A DNA stretch of 49,191 nucleotides from Candidatus Micrarchaeota archaeon (GTDB lineage Archaea > Micrarchaeota > Micrarchaeia > Anstonellales > Bilamarchaeaceae), in NCBI GenBank assembly GCA_964435235.1, contig CAYSXZ010000032.1, positions 1 through 49,191 on the forward strand, given 5' to 3'. The number at the start of each line of letters is the position of its first letter. Positions within the stretch are counted from its first letter, which is position 1. The notes below the pieces were generated by a model. It was not told where the DNA came from. It was given only the letters and a program-made list of their open reading frames with translations, and searched no databases. Made by a program: the position numbers and the translations under genes. This document shows positions 37,578 through 46,615 of this stretch, piece after piece.

Positions 37578-39377
37578 CTACAATCCATACCTCTGTGTAT
37601 TATAATATTCCAAGTCTTCCTTGTCAAGAACACGAATTATCTTTTCTCCTTTGAAACCTTTCTTCTTCAGTTGTTTTACTTCCTCTGCTATTTCCTCTGC
37701 GTAAAATGGTCTTCCAGTGTATTTCAGTGCAATGAAATCTGGTTCGCAATCGCAGTACTCCTTTAGCATACCGGCAAACTGTCCTGTTGAATTATTTTCG
37801 AAAATTATTGTGTGCTTTGCATTCTTGAATAAACTACAGACAGTTTTTCCGTCAAGAGGGAACACACAGCTAAAGTGTATCATATTCGCGTTTATCCCTT
37901 CTTTATTCAAAATATGAACCCCTTCCATTGCAGGCAGCTTCATCGAACCCCATGTGATTAGAGATACTTCTGCTTTTTTATCCCCATAAACCTTTGGCGA
38001 CGGGACATCTTTAATAAGGCCGTTTATCTTTCTCGCCCTCTTATCGACCTGCGCCTTCCTCTCAGAAAACAGCTCGGTGCTGAAGCCTGTTTCATTATGC
38101 TCGTACGAACTTGAGACATGCATTCCATTTGGTGTTCCTGGAAGCGCTCTTGGTGAGACGCCATCGCTTGTTATTTCATATCTCTTGAAGCGTGCATTCG
38201 GTTGAAGCAGTGGGAGATCCCTCGCTATCTTCCCGCGCTCTATCTTAATATTATCGTTAAAGCCGTCTGTAGAGAAAAGACTTTCTGAGAGGAATTTATC
38301 AGATAAGACGAGAACAGGAATCTGATATTTCTCTGCAAGGTTGAAAGCCTCTGCTGATAGAGAGAAGCATTCGTTTACGTCTCCAGGTGTAAGAACTACC
38401 CTTAGGAATTCCCCTTGAGACGAATGAAGGGCAAACCGTAGGTCTCCCTGCTCCGTCCATGTTGGCATTCCGGTGCTGGGCCCAACCCTCTGCGCAAGGA
38501 AAATAACAACTGGGGTTTCTGATTCTGCAGCGAGACCTACTGCTTCTGTCATGAGCGCAAAACCCCCTCCAGATGTAGCGGTTGCTGCGCGTACCCCGGC
38601 AAAGCTGGCACCAACAACATAGTTCATGGCTGCTATCTCGTCTTCTGTCTGCTTTACAATTATATTAAAATCGCGCTCCTTTGCACATAAGTAATGAAGT
38701 ATTGATGAGGCCGGGGTCATTGGATAGGCGGCAAAGAACTTCATTCCGCTCTTCACTGCTCCAAGCGCAAGTGCCTCGTTGCCTGTAATTAGCGCCTTTC
38801 TTTTTTTCGAGAGTGGCTTTATCTCTCTAAGTATCCCGTGCTTCTTTACAAAATCATAACCTATCTTTCCAACTAACGCATTCTTTTCAACAATTTCCTT
38901 ACCTTTTCTTCCGAATTCGTCATGGAGTACTCCTTCGAAGATGTCGAACGGATAATCTATTACTGCGAGTGCAGCGCCTATCTGGACAGAATTTGCCATT
39001 TGTGGAGACGCTCCAGCATCTGAGAGGATTTTATCTATCGGCAGTGGAATTTTTTTAATATCATTTCTCAGTTTGAATTCGCTTACATCTATCTTCTCAT
39101 CGTATATTATTACCCCGTTAGGATTCACCGCATTCCTATGATAAAACAACGCAGCCCTGTTTAGCGCGAGTAAGACGTCGCATCTTGTTGATGGCGAATA
39201 AACTCCATCGTCGCTGATTCTTATTTGGAACACGTTATGCCCTCCACGTATGAGCGAAGGGTATTCTGGATATGCAAGCACGCTGTAACCACTGCGTGTA
39301 AAGCATCGCCCCAACATCCTTCCTGTAACCATTACGCCAGCGCCTGCTTCAGCTCCTATTCTGAAAGTAAGCTCCAT
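37578..39377 (-). CDS. 2-oxoacid:ferredoxin oxidoreductase alpha subunit (gamma-alpha fusion)
   Basis: EYPSLIRGGH, GNEA, YPMTPAS, QTEDEIAA, TSGGGF, GPSTGMPT. Confidence 0.93.
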   Translation of the reverse strand: MELTFRIGAEAGAGVMVTGRMLGRCFTRSGYSVLAYPEYPSLIRGGHNVFQIRISDDGVYSPSTRCDVLLALNRAALFYHRNAVNPNGVIIYDEKIDVSEFKLRNDIKKIPLPIDKILSDAGASPQMANSVQIGAALAVIDYPFDIFEGVLHDEFGRKGKEIVEKNALVGKIGYDFVKKHGILREIKPLSKKRKALITGNEALALGAVKSGMKFFAAYPMTPASSILHYLCAKERDFNIIVKQTEDEIAAMNYVVGASFAGVRAATATSGGGFALMTEAVGLAAESETPVVIFLAQRVGPSTGMPTWTEQGDLRFALHSSQGEFLRVVLTPGDVNECFSLSAEAFNLAEKYQIPVLVLSDKFLSESLFSTDGFNDNIKIERGKIARDLPLLQPNARFKRYEITSDGVSPRALPGTPNGMHVSSSYEHNETGFSTELFSERKAQVDKRARKINGLIKDVPSPKVYGDKKAEVSLITWGSMKLPAMEGVHILNKEGINANMIHFSCVFPLDGKTVCSLFKNAKHTIIFENNSTGQFAGMLKEYCDCEPDFIALKYTGRPFYAEEIAEEVKQLKKKGFKGEKIIRVLDKEDLEYYNTQRYGL

Positions 39378-39490
39378 ATTATTGCACCTTTTTTATTCTT
39401 TGGCAGATAGATATTCGAACATTTTTAAAATTATCGAACGGCAAAACGACGGAAGACGTAGATGGAACGCGAAACTGTCTTTTACTTAGA

Positions 39491-39535
39491 TTTTTAAATT
39501 CCTTATCTCATGATAATATTTTAGATAATATTTTA
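39491..39535 (+). promoter_or_regulatory. TATA box and candidate operator upstream of the VirB4-like operon
   Basis: TTTTTAAA at 39491-98. Inverted repeat TTATC-TCAT-GATAA (39503-16). Perfect 12-bp tandem GATAATATTTTA x2 (39512-35). Confidence 0.45.
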
Positions 39536-39577
39536 ATAAAGGAAAAGAAAAAACAAAAAATAGACGGGGGTGCTTTA

Positions 39578-40366
39578 GTGTTTCTGAACCGTGCAGTCAC
39601 GATAGCCGCGCTGGTCGGAGGGTTTTTCTCTATACTCATAGCTCTTATCTTTAGTGGCGGAAGCGTACTTTTTTCACTAATCGCTGCTGCTTTCTTCGCC
39701 CTCAGCATACTTACCTGGAAATACGGTTATCTGTTTATTCCAATGATAACAAAGGCAACGAACGTTATCGAAGTAAGAAATGACTACGAAGTACCTCCAA
39801 GCAGAGATTATATTCTTAAGAAAACACCGGCCGGCTACTATGCAAGCAAATTCATGGAGATACGTTATTATGAAAGCTCCATGGACAAGAGCGAAGAGGA
39901 GAAAAAAACTATGTTCGAGTCATTCGAAAAGGCGATAAGTTCAATGAGATACATAACAAAAATATCTTTGCTTGTATCTGCGATAGATCTTTCTAAGCAC
40001 ATCGATGACATAAAGACGAAAAGGAGCAATGTGGAGACGAAACGCGCAGCTGAGTGGAGAACAAAGCCTGATGAACTGATAAGATACGATAGGGAGATAG
40101 CGATGTGGAACAGGCTTTTGGACCGCCTAGGAAAAGGTGAAAGACCGGTTGAAGTAGTAGCGTTTTGCTCCACAACAGCCTTCGGACTTACGAGAGAGGA
40201 GGCTGTAAGCAAGGTAGCGAGACAAGCAAAAGAGGTTAGAACCATTCTTTCGAGCTCTTTAGGCTGCGATGTGAAAGAGTTGAAGGACCTAGAGATGCTG
40301 AAATGCTTCGAATGGGACCTCTTCTTCCCAACAAGCGAAGAGGAGTTTCACGACGAAATTTTCTAA
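39578..40366 (+). CDS. Membrane-anchored protein (2 N-terminal TMs) resembling a VirB4 N-terminal/PrgI-like partner
   Basis: GTG start after a GGGGGTG RBS. Two hydrophobic helices, then a soluble domain ending TREEAVSKVARQAKEVRTILSSSLGCDVKEL. Directly upstream of the ATPase. Confidence 0.55.
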   Translation: MFLNRAVTIAALVGGFFSILIALIFSGGSVLFSLIAAAFFALSILTWKYGYLFIPMITKATNVIEVRNDYEVPPSRDYILKKTPAGYYASKFMEIRYYESSMDKSEEEKKTMFESFEKAISSMRYITKISLLVSAIDLSKHIDDIKTKRSNVETKRAAEWRTKPDELIRYDREIAMWNRLLDRLGKGERPVEVVAFCSTTAFGLTREEAVSKVARQAKEVRTILSSSLGCDVKELKDLEMLKCFEWDLFFPTSEEEFHDEIF

Positions 40367-40379
40367 ATGTGTGGTGTGC

Positions 40380-41819
40380 ATGAAGGCAAGCTATATACTT
40401 TCTAGGGAACTCGCGAAAAAAATGATAATTGTCCATCCGCCGGAGCCACGAAAGGAATTGTTGCTTGCCAATCCTAAGGATGGCGTTTATATAGGAAAGA
40501 CCAGGTTCATGCACACGCCTGTCTTCTGGGATCCGAGCAAATTAATAAATCCACATATCGCTATAATAGGAATAACTGGTTCTGGAAAATCCTACACTGT
40601 TAAAACATTTCTTACTCGAGCATCGCTCATATGGAACACAAATGCGATAATACTCGATTGGGTCGGGGAATATGATAGATGGGTCAGACAAGCAGGTGGA
40701 CGGGTGATAAACCTCGCAAAGGAAAATATGAATATTCTCGACCTTGTAGGGCTGCCGAAGCAAAGCAGAATAAAACAGATAGTATCTGCATTCGATATCT
40801 TGGCTGATCTTAAAAACTTTCCACAGGAAAGGGATGACATAGAGGACGCGCTCGAAAATATCTATGGTCTAAAAAAGAAGCCGCAGCTCCCAGACCTTAT
40901 AAAGTATTTGGAAAGAAAAAACAAAAAGAAAGCGGCTCGGCTATTGAAGAGGTTCACCGCAGAAGGAAGCAATTTCTTTGCTGGGGCTAGCACCCTGGAT
41001 ATAAAACAACTGACAAATTCCGGTCTCGTTTGCATAGACCTTCATGAACTTCCATCAGAAGAGATGAGGAGCCTTGCCGGTCTTACCCTTCTTCAATATA
41101 TAAAGGAGCTTATGCGCGCAGAGGGGATGAAGGAAGAGAAGGATAGAAGGATAAGGCTTTTCGTAGTATTGGATGAGGCATGGAAGATAGCACAGGATGA
41201 GAGAAGCGATGTCATAACAATAGTAAGAGAAGGAAGGAAGTATAATTTTTCTCTTATCATTGCTACTCAGAACCCAACAGATATGCATAAAACAATATTT
41301 AGTAATATTGGGACAATATTTGTATTGAGAACAATACTAAAAGAATATCGTGACTATGTAAAAAACTCTATTGGCTACTCTGATTTCATTGATAATGAAA
41401 TAGCAAAATTTGGAGTAGGAGACGCTGCTGTAAATATGATATTTGCTGAAAGGCAGAGCAAGGTGATGACATTCTTGTTAGACAAGATTGACGGTGAAGA
41501 CCCCTTGTTCCTTTATACAATTAAGGGTGGGAATATGGACATAGAAATTGAAAGAGAGCAGTTCATAAGGATGCTTTACGAATTGGGATTGAATGAGAGT
41601 CAGATAGAGATAATAAGAAAGGAATTTGAAAAGAAGGACGGTGTAGTTGATGGAGAAAATATAGTAGAAATGCTAGAGCGCTTTGGCTATTCCAAATCCT
41701 CCATTATATCATTCCTTAGACAGGTAGGTTTCGAGGAAAAGAATCTTATAAGAATATTCTCGCTTGCAAAGATGAGAAAGGCTACGAAAGGAGTGGTCAA
41801 CGTGGTGATGGAAGAATGA
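40380..41819 (+). CDS. VirB4/HerA/FtsK-family P-loop ATPase with a C-terminal helical extension
   Basis: GVYIGK...NPHIAIIGITGSGKS (Walker A), FVVLDEAW (Walker B), REGRKY, ATQNP. Confidence 0.85.
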   Translation: MKASYILSRELAKKMIIVHPPEPRKELLLANPKDGVYIGKTRFMHTPVFWDPSKLINPHIAIIGITGSGKSYTVKTFLTRASLIWNTNAIILDWVGEYDRWVRQAGGRVINLAKENMNILDLVGLPKQSRIKQIVSAFDILADLKNFPQERDDIEDALENIYGLKKKPQLPDLIKYLERKNKKKAARLLKRFTAEGSNFFAGASTLDIKQLTNSGLVCIDLHELPSEEMRSLAGLTLLQYIKELMRAEGMKEEKDRRIRLFVVLDEAWKIAQDERSDVITIVREGRKYNFSLIIATQNPTDMHKTIFSNIGTIFVLRTILKEYRDYVKNSIGYSDFIDNEIAKFGVGDAAVNMIFAERQSKVMTFLLDKIDGEDPLFLYTIKGGNMDIEIEREQFIRMLYELGLNESQIEIIRKEFEKKDGVVDGENIVEMLERFGYSKSSIISFLRQVGFEEKNLIRIFSLAKMRKATKGVVNVVMEE

Positions 41820-42520
41820 CAGTTGAAAAAATAAAAATAAAGGCAGTCCAAAAGAAGCCACTCAACGAACTTGCAACACTCATGGGCAACCTTGGCTTCA
41901 CCAGAATATCTTACTCTAAAGAAACACTGACAATAGAGAAGATGAAGGGGTTTGACTTAAAGGGACAACCCCAACTTGATTACTCCGTACTTTTTGGACC
42001 GAACAACATAGAGCTCGGATATAATGTTCCACCAAAGAAAAACCCAAGAGCGAGATTGATGGAGGTTATGCCTGTCTTTTTGAATGTCCTTCAACTTGCT
42101 GAGGATTACTACGATATAAAACCTTCTGCGATATATTTTGAAATAAACACTGTCTTTTCTGAGATGCTTAAGTTAACGAGCAAGGATGCTATAGATTTTT
42201 CAACAGAATTAAGTGAAATTCAGGCAAAGTATAAAAGCCTCGAGGCAAAATACTCTGACTTGTTGCGGTCAAGCGAAGAGAATGCTAGGATTCTATTAGA
42301 ATGCGAAAGGAAGAGAGATGAGCTTTCAAAGCGCATCGAACAGTTGGAAAAGGTAAGCGATGAGGCATTGAAGGAGATGCTCTACGACTGGATAAAACTG
42401 CATGGCGGAACGATAAACATAGCAGAATTCGCTAAGCTTCAAAGGATGTCTGTCTCTCGTGTAGAAGAGGGATTGAATATGCTAATCACAGAGGGCTATA
42501 TAAAGAGGAGGTTTGAATAA
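41816..42520 (+). CDS. Coiled-coil protein with a C-terminal winged-helix domain
   Basis: Heptad region LSEIQAKYKSLEAKY...LSKRIEQLEK, then LYDWIKLHGGTINIAEFAK...VEEGLNMLITEGYIK. ATGA overlap with the ATPase. Confidence 0.7.
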   Translation: MTVEKIKIKAVQKKPLNELATLMGNLGFTRISYSKETLTIEKMKGFDLKGQPQLDYSVLFGPNNIELGYNVPPKKNPRARLMEVMPVFLNVLQLAEDYYDIKPSAIYFEINTVFSEMLKLTSKDAIDFSTELSEIQAKYKSLEAKYSDLLRSSEENARILLECERKRDELSKRIEQLEKVSDEALKEMLYDWIKLHGGTINIAEFAKLQRMSVSRVEEGLNMLITEGYIKRRFE

Positions 42521-42648
42521 TGGAGGCTGAGAATGAGCTTTCTTTCAACATCGTAAAGAATTATCCGACAGAAAGGAGATACATTCTTCTTAAACCCATT
42601 TCAAATTCTTTTGCTGAGACTTTAAAAAGAGTATTAGGGAAGAGGTAA
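42520..42648 (+). CDS. Putative 42-aa small protein
   Basis: TAATG stop/start overlap and GAGGAGG RBS. MEAENELSFNIVKNYPTERRYILLKPISNSFAETLKRVLGKR* fills the gap up to purD. Confidence 0.5.
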   Translation: MEAENELSFNIVKNYPTERRYILLKPISNSFAETLKRVLGKR

Positions 42649-42651
42649 ATT

Positions 42652-43944
42652 ATGAAAGTTCTTATCGTAGGCAACGGTGCCAGAGAGCATGTAATAGCTG
42701 AGGCTATTGCACGCGATGCAGAACTTTATGCCCTGATGTCAAAGAAAAATCCTGCCATAGCAAAACTGTGCAAGAAGTATTGGATATGCGATATTGAAAA
42801 TCCTGAGAGGGTAGCAAAGATAATATCTAAGGAAAAATTCGATATCGGTTTCGCTAGCCCTGATGCAACCCTAGCTGCTGGAATAAGTGATGTGATGCAA
42901 AAGCATGGCGTTTTCGCTGCATCACCGAGTATGAGCGCGGCACGAATAGAATGGGATAAATCATACGCTAGAAATCTCCTAAAGAGAAATGGAATATCTG
43001 GCTTACCTGAGTTTATGGTTGCGGAATCGGAGAGAGAAGCTAGGTCATTTATAAAAGATATGGGAGACGTCGCTGTGAAACCTATAGGTCTAACAGGAGG
43101 AAAGGGAGTAAAGATAACTGGGGAGCACGTAGATAAAGAAACTGCTCTTACCTATGCTGTTCGACTGATTAAAAAGGACGGTTCTGTTCTTCTTGAGGAA
43201 AAGTTGGAGGGAGAGGAATTTACACTTCAGGCTTTTTGCGATGGCGAGCATTTGGCTTTCATGCCCCCTGTTCAAGATCATAAAAGGGCGTTTGAGGACG
43301 ATAGAGGATTAAACACCGGTGGAATGGGTTCCTATTCTACTGGAGAGCTTCTTCCATTCCTTCAGAAATCTGATATCGAAACCGCCGCGGACATAATGAA
43401 ACAGACGATTGGTGCGATGAAAAGAGAGGGATGGGTGTATAAGGGTGTATTGTACGGGCAATTTATGGCAACAAAAGATGGAGTAAAGGTTATTGAATTT
43501 AACGCGCGTTTTGGCGACCCGGAAGCTATGAATGTTGTTCCGCTTATGAAGGATTCCTTCCCCTCTGTCCTTGAGAGGATAGCTAATGGGAAACTTGGCA
43601 GGGTTGAATTCGAAAACAAATGTACCGTTGTAAAATATCTTGTCCCAGAAGGATACCCAGAAAGTGCAAAAAGGGATGCAGAGGTTTTCATCGATGAGAA
43701 TAAGATAAACAGACTTGGCGCAAAAATCTACTACGCGTCAGTTTATGAAAAAGATGGAAGAATATATACCACGTCTTCTCGTTCTTTTGGTATTCTTGGA
43801 GTAGCTGATGAAATAGAAGAAGCAGAACGAATAGCAGAGATTGGGTGCGGCGCTGTAAGCGGACCTGTCTGGCATAGGAGGGACATAGGAACAAAACACC
43901 TGATAGAAAAAAGAGTAATGCATATGAAAAGGTTAAGGGGCTAA
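42652..43944 (+). CDS. purD: Phosphoribosylamine--glycine ligase
   Basis: VGNGAREH, GLTGGKGV, QDHKR, NTGGMGSYS, EFNARFGDPE. Confidence 0.96.
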   Translation: MKVLIVGNGAREHVIAEAIARDAELYALMSKKNPAIAKLCKKYWICDIENPERVAKIISKEKFDIGFASPDATLAAGISDVMQKHGVFAASPSMSAARIEWDKSYARNLLKRNGISGLPEFMVAESEREARSFIKDMGDVAVKPIGLTGGKGVKITGEHVDKETALTYAVRLIKKDGSVLLEEKLEGEEFTLQAFCDGEHLAFMPPVQDHKRAFEDDRGLNTGGMGSYSTGELLPFLQKSDIETAADIMKQTIGAMKREGWVYKGVLYGQFMATKDGVKVIEFNARFGDPEAMNVVPLMKDSFPSVLERIANGKLGRVEFENKCTVVKYLVPEGYPESAKRDAEVFIDENKINRLGAKIYYASVYEKDGRIYTTSSRSFGILGVADEIEEAERIAEIGCGAVSGPVWHRRDIGTKHLIEKRVMHMKRLRG

Positions 43945-43948
43945 AAGG

Positions 43949-45190
43949 ATGAAGAATTTGTTTTTATATGCCCTCGTTGCGATTCTCATTCTTTCTTTAT
44001 CGTTTGCTAATGGGGGCTACGGCCCCGCTACAATGACGGTTGAAAAGAAATGGTTGTTGGTTTGCCCGACAAATCCAACATGTACTGCAGAGTTTGAGGG
44101 GATATTGATAACGAACGGTTCGAACCAAAGGGTTGTTTCAATAGAAACAGAACCAGAGATGGAAATCACAAGCGATGATGATGGCGAGATTCATGTAATT
44201 TATAAGGGAAAGCTCAGGAATGGTAGTATTCTACTCGCTGCTAACGCTACAATTGTAGTAGATTATCGTTCTTATATAAGCGAAGATCCTCCTCTTGTGC
44301 GAGAAAGCATAACACCAACTGTATTAACTGAATGGAACGAAGAGATCGCTAAAAAGGCTGCTGAGTTGGCTGATGAAAAATCTACGCTTGGAACTATCAG
44401 GAATGAAACAGCATGGGTACATAAAAACATCGAATACGATATATCTTATTTTGAAAAAAAGGTTGATGCAAAAACAGTCTTTGTTGAAAGAAGGGGTGTT
44501 TGCACAGCATACGCCCATCTTCTAATATCTATGCTTAACTCTTTAGGAATCAGAACAAGATATGTAAACGGGTATGTTATGACAAAAGAGTGGCAACCGC
44601 ACGCTTGGGTGGAAGGATACATACCGGGATATGGATGGCTGCCACTTGACCCCACCTTTGGCGAGGCAGGCGTACTTGAGAGCAGCCACATAATTGTATC
44701 TTACGGCAGTGATCAAATTAGTGATTATGATCGTTTTGTTGCTGATGATGAATTGCTTAATATTAACTCCATACCTCTAAGAATAACTGTGATTTCGATT
44801 GAAAATGAGCCGAAGGGATTATCTATAGATGTATCTTTTGAAAATAGAACATATACGGTAATAACTGAAATCAAAAACGAAAGACCATACTATGAATATG
44901 GTAGATATCAATTTATAGCGCCGGATGGTTACGGTGATGAGGTCAGCGAACTATTGCTCATCGAACCGAACGGCAAGATCCAATTGCAACATAGACTAAA
45001 TTCTTCTATGTTTTCTCCAGGTTATATGTATACGCTTCCTATTATGGCTTCAATAAATGGCGCAAACGACAGAAAAACATTTGTAGTGGTAGTAGAGGAG
45101 AATGGGTCTTCCCTGAACGAAGACTGCGCACCGTTGTTCTTCCTTTCAGCCATTTTGTTGGTCGCTATTATAAGATTTACTGTTGAGTAA
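43949..45190 (+). CDS. Secreted transglutaminase-like (cysteine protease fold) protein with a C-terminal membrane anchor
   Basis: Signal peptide. Catalytic triad GVC, PHAWVE, LDPT. C-terminal CAPLFFLSAILLVAIIR. Confidence 0.85.
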   Translation: MKNLFLYALVAILILSLSFANGGYGPATMTVEKKWLLVCPTNPTCTAEFEGILITNGSNQRVVSIETEPEMEITSDDDGEIHVIYKGKLRNGSILLAANATIVVDYRSYISEDPPLVRESITPTVLTEWNEEIAKKAAELADEKSTLGTIRNETAWVHKNIEYDISYFEKKVDAKTVFVERRGVCTAYAHLLISMLNSLGIRTRYVNGYVMTKEWQPHAWVEGYIPGYGWLPLDPTFGEAGVLESSHIIVSYGSDQISDYDRFVADDELLNINSIPLRITVISIENEPKGLSIDVSFENRTYTVITEIKNERPYYEYGRYQFIAPDGYGDEVSELLLIEPNGKIQLQHRLNSSMFSPGYMYTLPIMASINGANDRKTFVVVVEENGSSLNEDCAPLFFLSAILLVAIIRFTVE

Positions 45191-45201
45191 TTGTTGATAT
45201 C

Positions 45202-46407
45202 ATGCCAAAGAGGAATATTACTGTTGAAATGGAAAAATGTCTTCCACCTTTTAAGCGAAATGTCGAACTTGTTGAAAGAAAGGGTCTTGGACATCCAGAT
45301 ACTCTTATAGATGGAATAATGGAAGAAGTAAGCAAAAGCCTCAGCAAGGAATACATAAAGGAATTTGGAAGAATACTCCACCACAATGTAGATAAGGGGC
45401 AGATATGTGGGGGTGCTACTCAGGTTAATTTTGGTGGTGGAGCATTCATTAAACCTATATACGTTTTGTTAAGTGGTAGGGCTGCTGGAGAATTGGAAGG
45501 TAGAAAGATACCAGTATCGGACATAGCTATCGAGGCTGCCAAAAGATATCTTAAGAATACTGTAAGGCATCTCGACGTCGAATCTGATATTGAAATAGAG
45601 TCCCGGATCTCAGCTGGTTCGGCTGAACTTGCTTCTTTGATTTCAAGGCGTGAGAAGGTTCCTCTTGCAAATGATACGAGTATAGGGACTGGTTTTGCTC
45701 CACTCGACGGTTTGGAAAGGCTTGTTCTTAATATCGAGAGCTATCTTAACTCAGATGAATACAAAACTGCAAGACCATTTGTTGGGGAGGATATAAAGGT
45801 CATGGGGATGAGACAAGACGACGATATAAAGCTTACAGTTGCAGTTGCATTTGTTTCCAGATACATAAATGACATTGATGAGTATGTTGAACAGAAAGAA
45901 AAGGTGTTGGAGGACATAACGAAATTTGCTAAAAGGATTGTTGGAGGGAAGGTTGGTGTTTCTTTAAATATGGCTGATGATATAAAAAACAAATCGATCT
46001 ACCTTACGGTTAGTGGCACGAGCGCTGAGATGGGTGATGACGGAAGCGTTGGTCGAGGGAATAGGGTAAATGGACTTATAACACCGTTTAGGGGGATGTC
46101 GCTCGAAGCAGCTGCTGGGAAGAATCCTGTAAATCACGTTGGTAAGATATATTCGATTGTAGCAACCGAAATGGCTTATGAAATAGCAGAAGAACATGAC
46201 GAAGTAGAGAACGTAAACATAGCCATTCTTTCTGAAATAGGAAAACCGATAGACCAACCAAAGGTCGCTTCTGTTTCGGTGTTAACAAAGAAAAAAGAAC
46301 AATTTGAAAAGATAAAAGATAAGATATCTTATAATGTCGATAGGCATCTCGAAGAGATAACTGAGATTACAAACAGAATAGTCTTCGGCAAAGTTCGCAT
46401 TTTCTGA
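45202..46407 (+). CDS. mat: Archaeal S-adenosylmethionine synthetase
   Basis: [58 protein letters not shown]. Confidence 0.96.
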   Translation: MPKRNITVEMEKCLPPFKRNVELVERKGLGHPDTLIDGIMEEVSKSLSKEYIKEFGRILHHNVDKGQICGGATQVNFGGGAFIKPIYVLLSGRAAGELEGRKIPVSDIAIEAAKRYLKNTVRHLDVESDIEIESRISAGSAELASLISRREKVPLANDTSIGTGFAPLDGLERLVLNIESYLNSDEYKTARPFVGEDIKVMGMRQDDDIKLTVAVAFVSRYINDIDEYVEQKEKVLEDITKFAKRIVGGKVGVSLNMADDIKNKSIYLTVSGTSAEMGDDGSVGRGNRVNGLITPFRGMSLEAAAGKNPVNHVGKIYSIVATEMAYEIAEEHDEVENVNIAILSEIGKPIDQPKVASVSVLTKKKEQFEKIKDKISYNVDRHLEEITEITNRIVFGKVRIF

Positions 46408-46449
46408 GAATTATTAAACTTTTCTGCTCATTACATAATTCGAAATCTT

Positions 46450-46522
46450 GGGCCTGTAGTCGAATGGTTAAGACGTTACCCTGACACGGTAAAGATTCCC
46501 GGTCCGATTCCGGGCGGGCCCA
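46450..46522 (+). tRNA. tRNA-Val(GAC)
   Basis: GGGCCTG/CGGGCCC-A acceptor stem. Anticodon arm TTACC-CTGACAC-GGTAA. Atypical T-loop TCCGATT. TTATTAAA box at 46411. Confidence 0.92.
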
Positions 46523-46530
46523 TTTTTTTT
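46523..46530 (+). terminator. Oligo-T terminator after tRNA-Val
   Basis: Run of 8 T immediately 3' of the tRNA. Confidence 0.6.
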
Positions 46531-46615
46531 GTTGGTCTTGGATTCTGAGAAGGCCGTACAGATCTTGAAGCTAAATTAGATTCAACTTAAAAATTTCTAT
46601 ATTCGATGGTTCTAT

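Noticed and set aside
40380-41819. DNA-repair HerA
   Set aside because: No N-terminal HAS barrel is evident and there are no nurA/mre11/rad50 neighbours.
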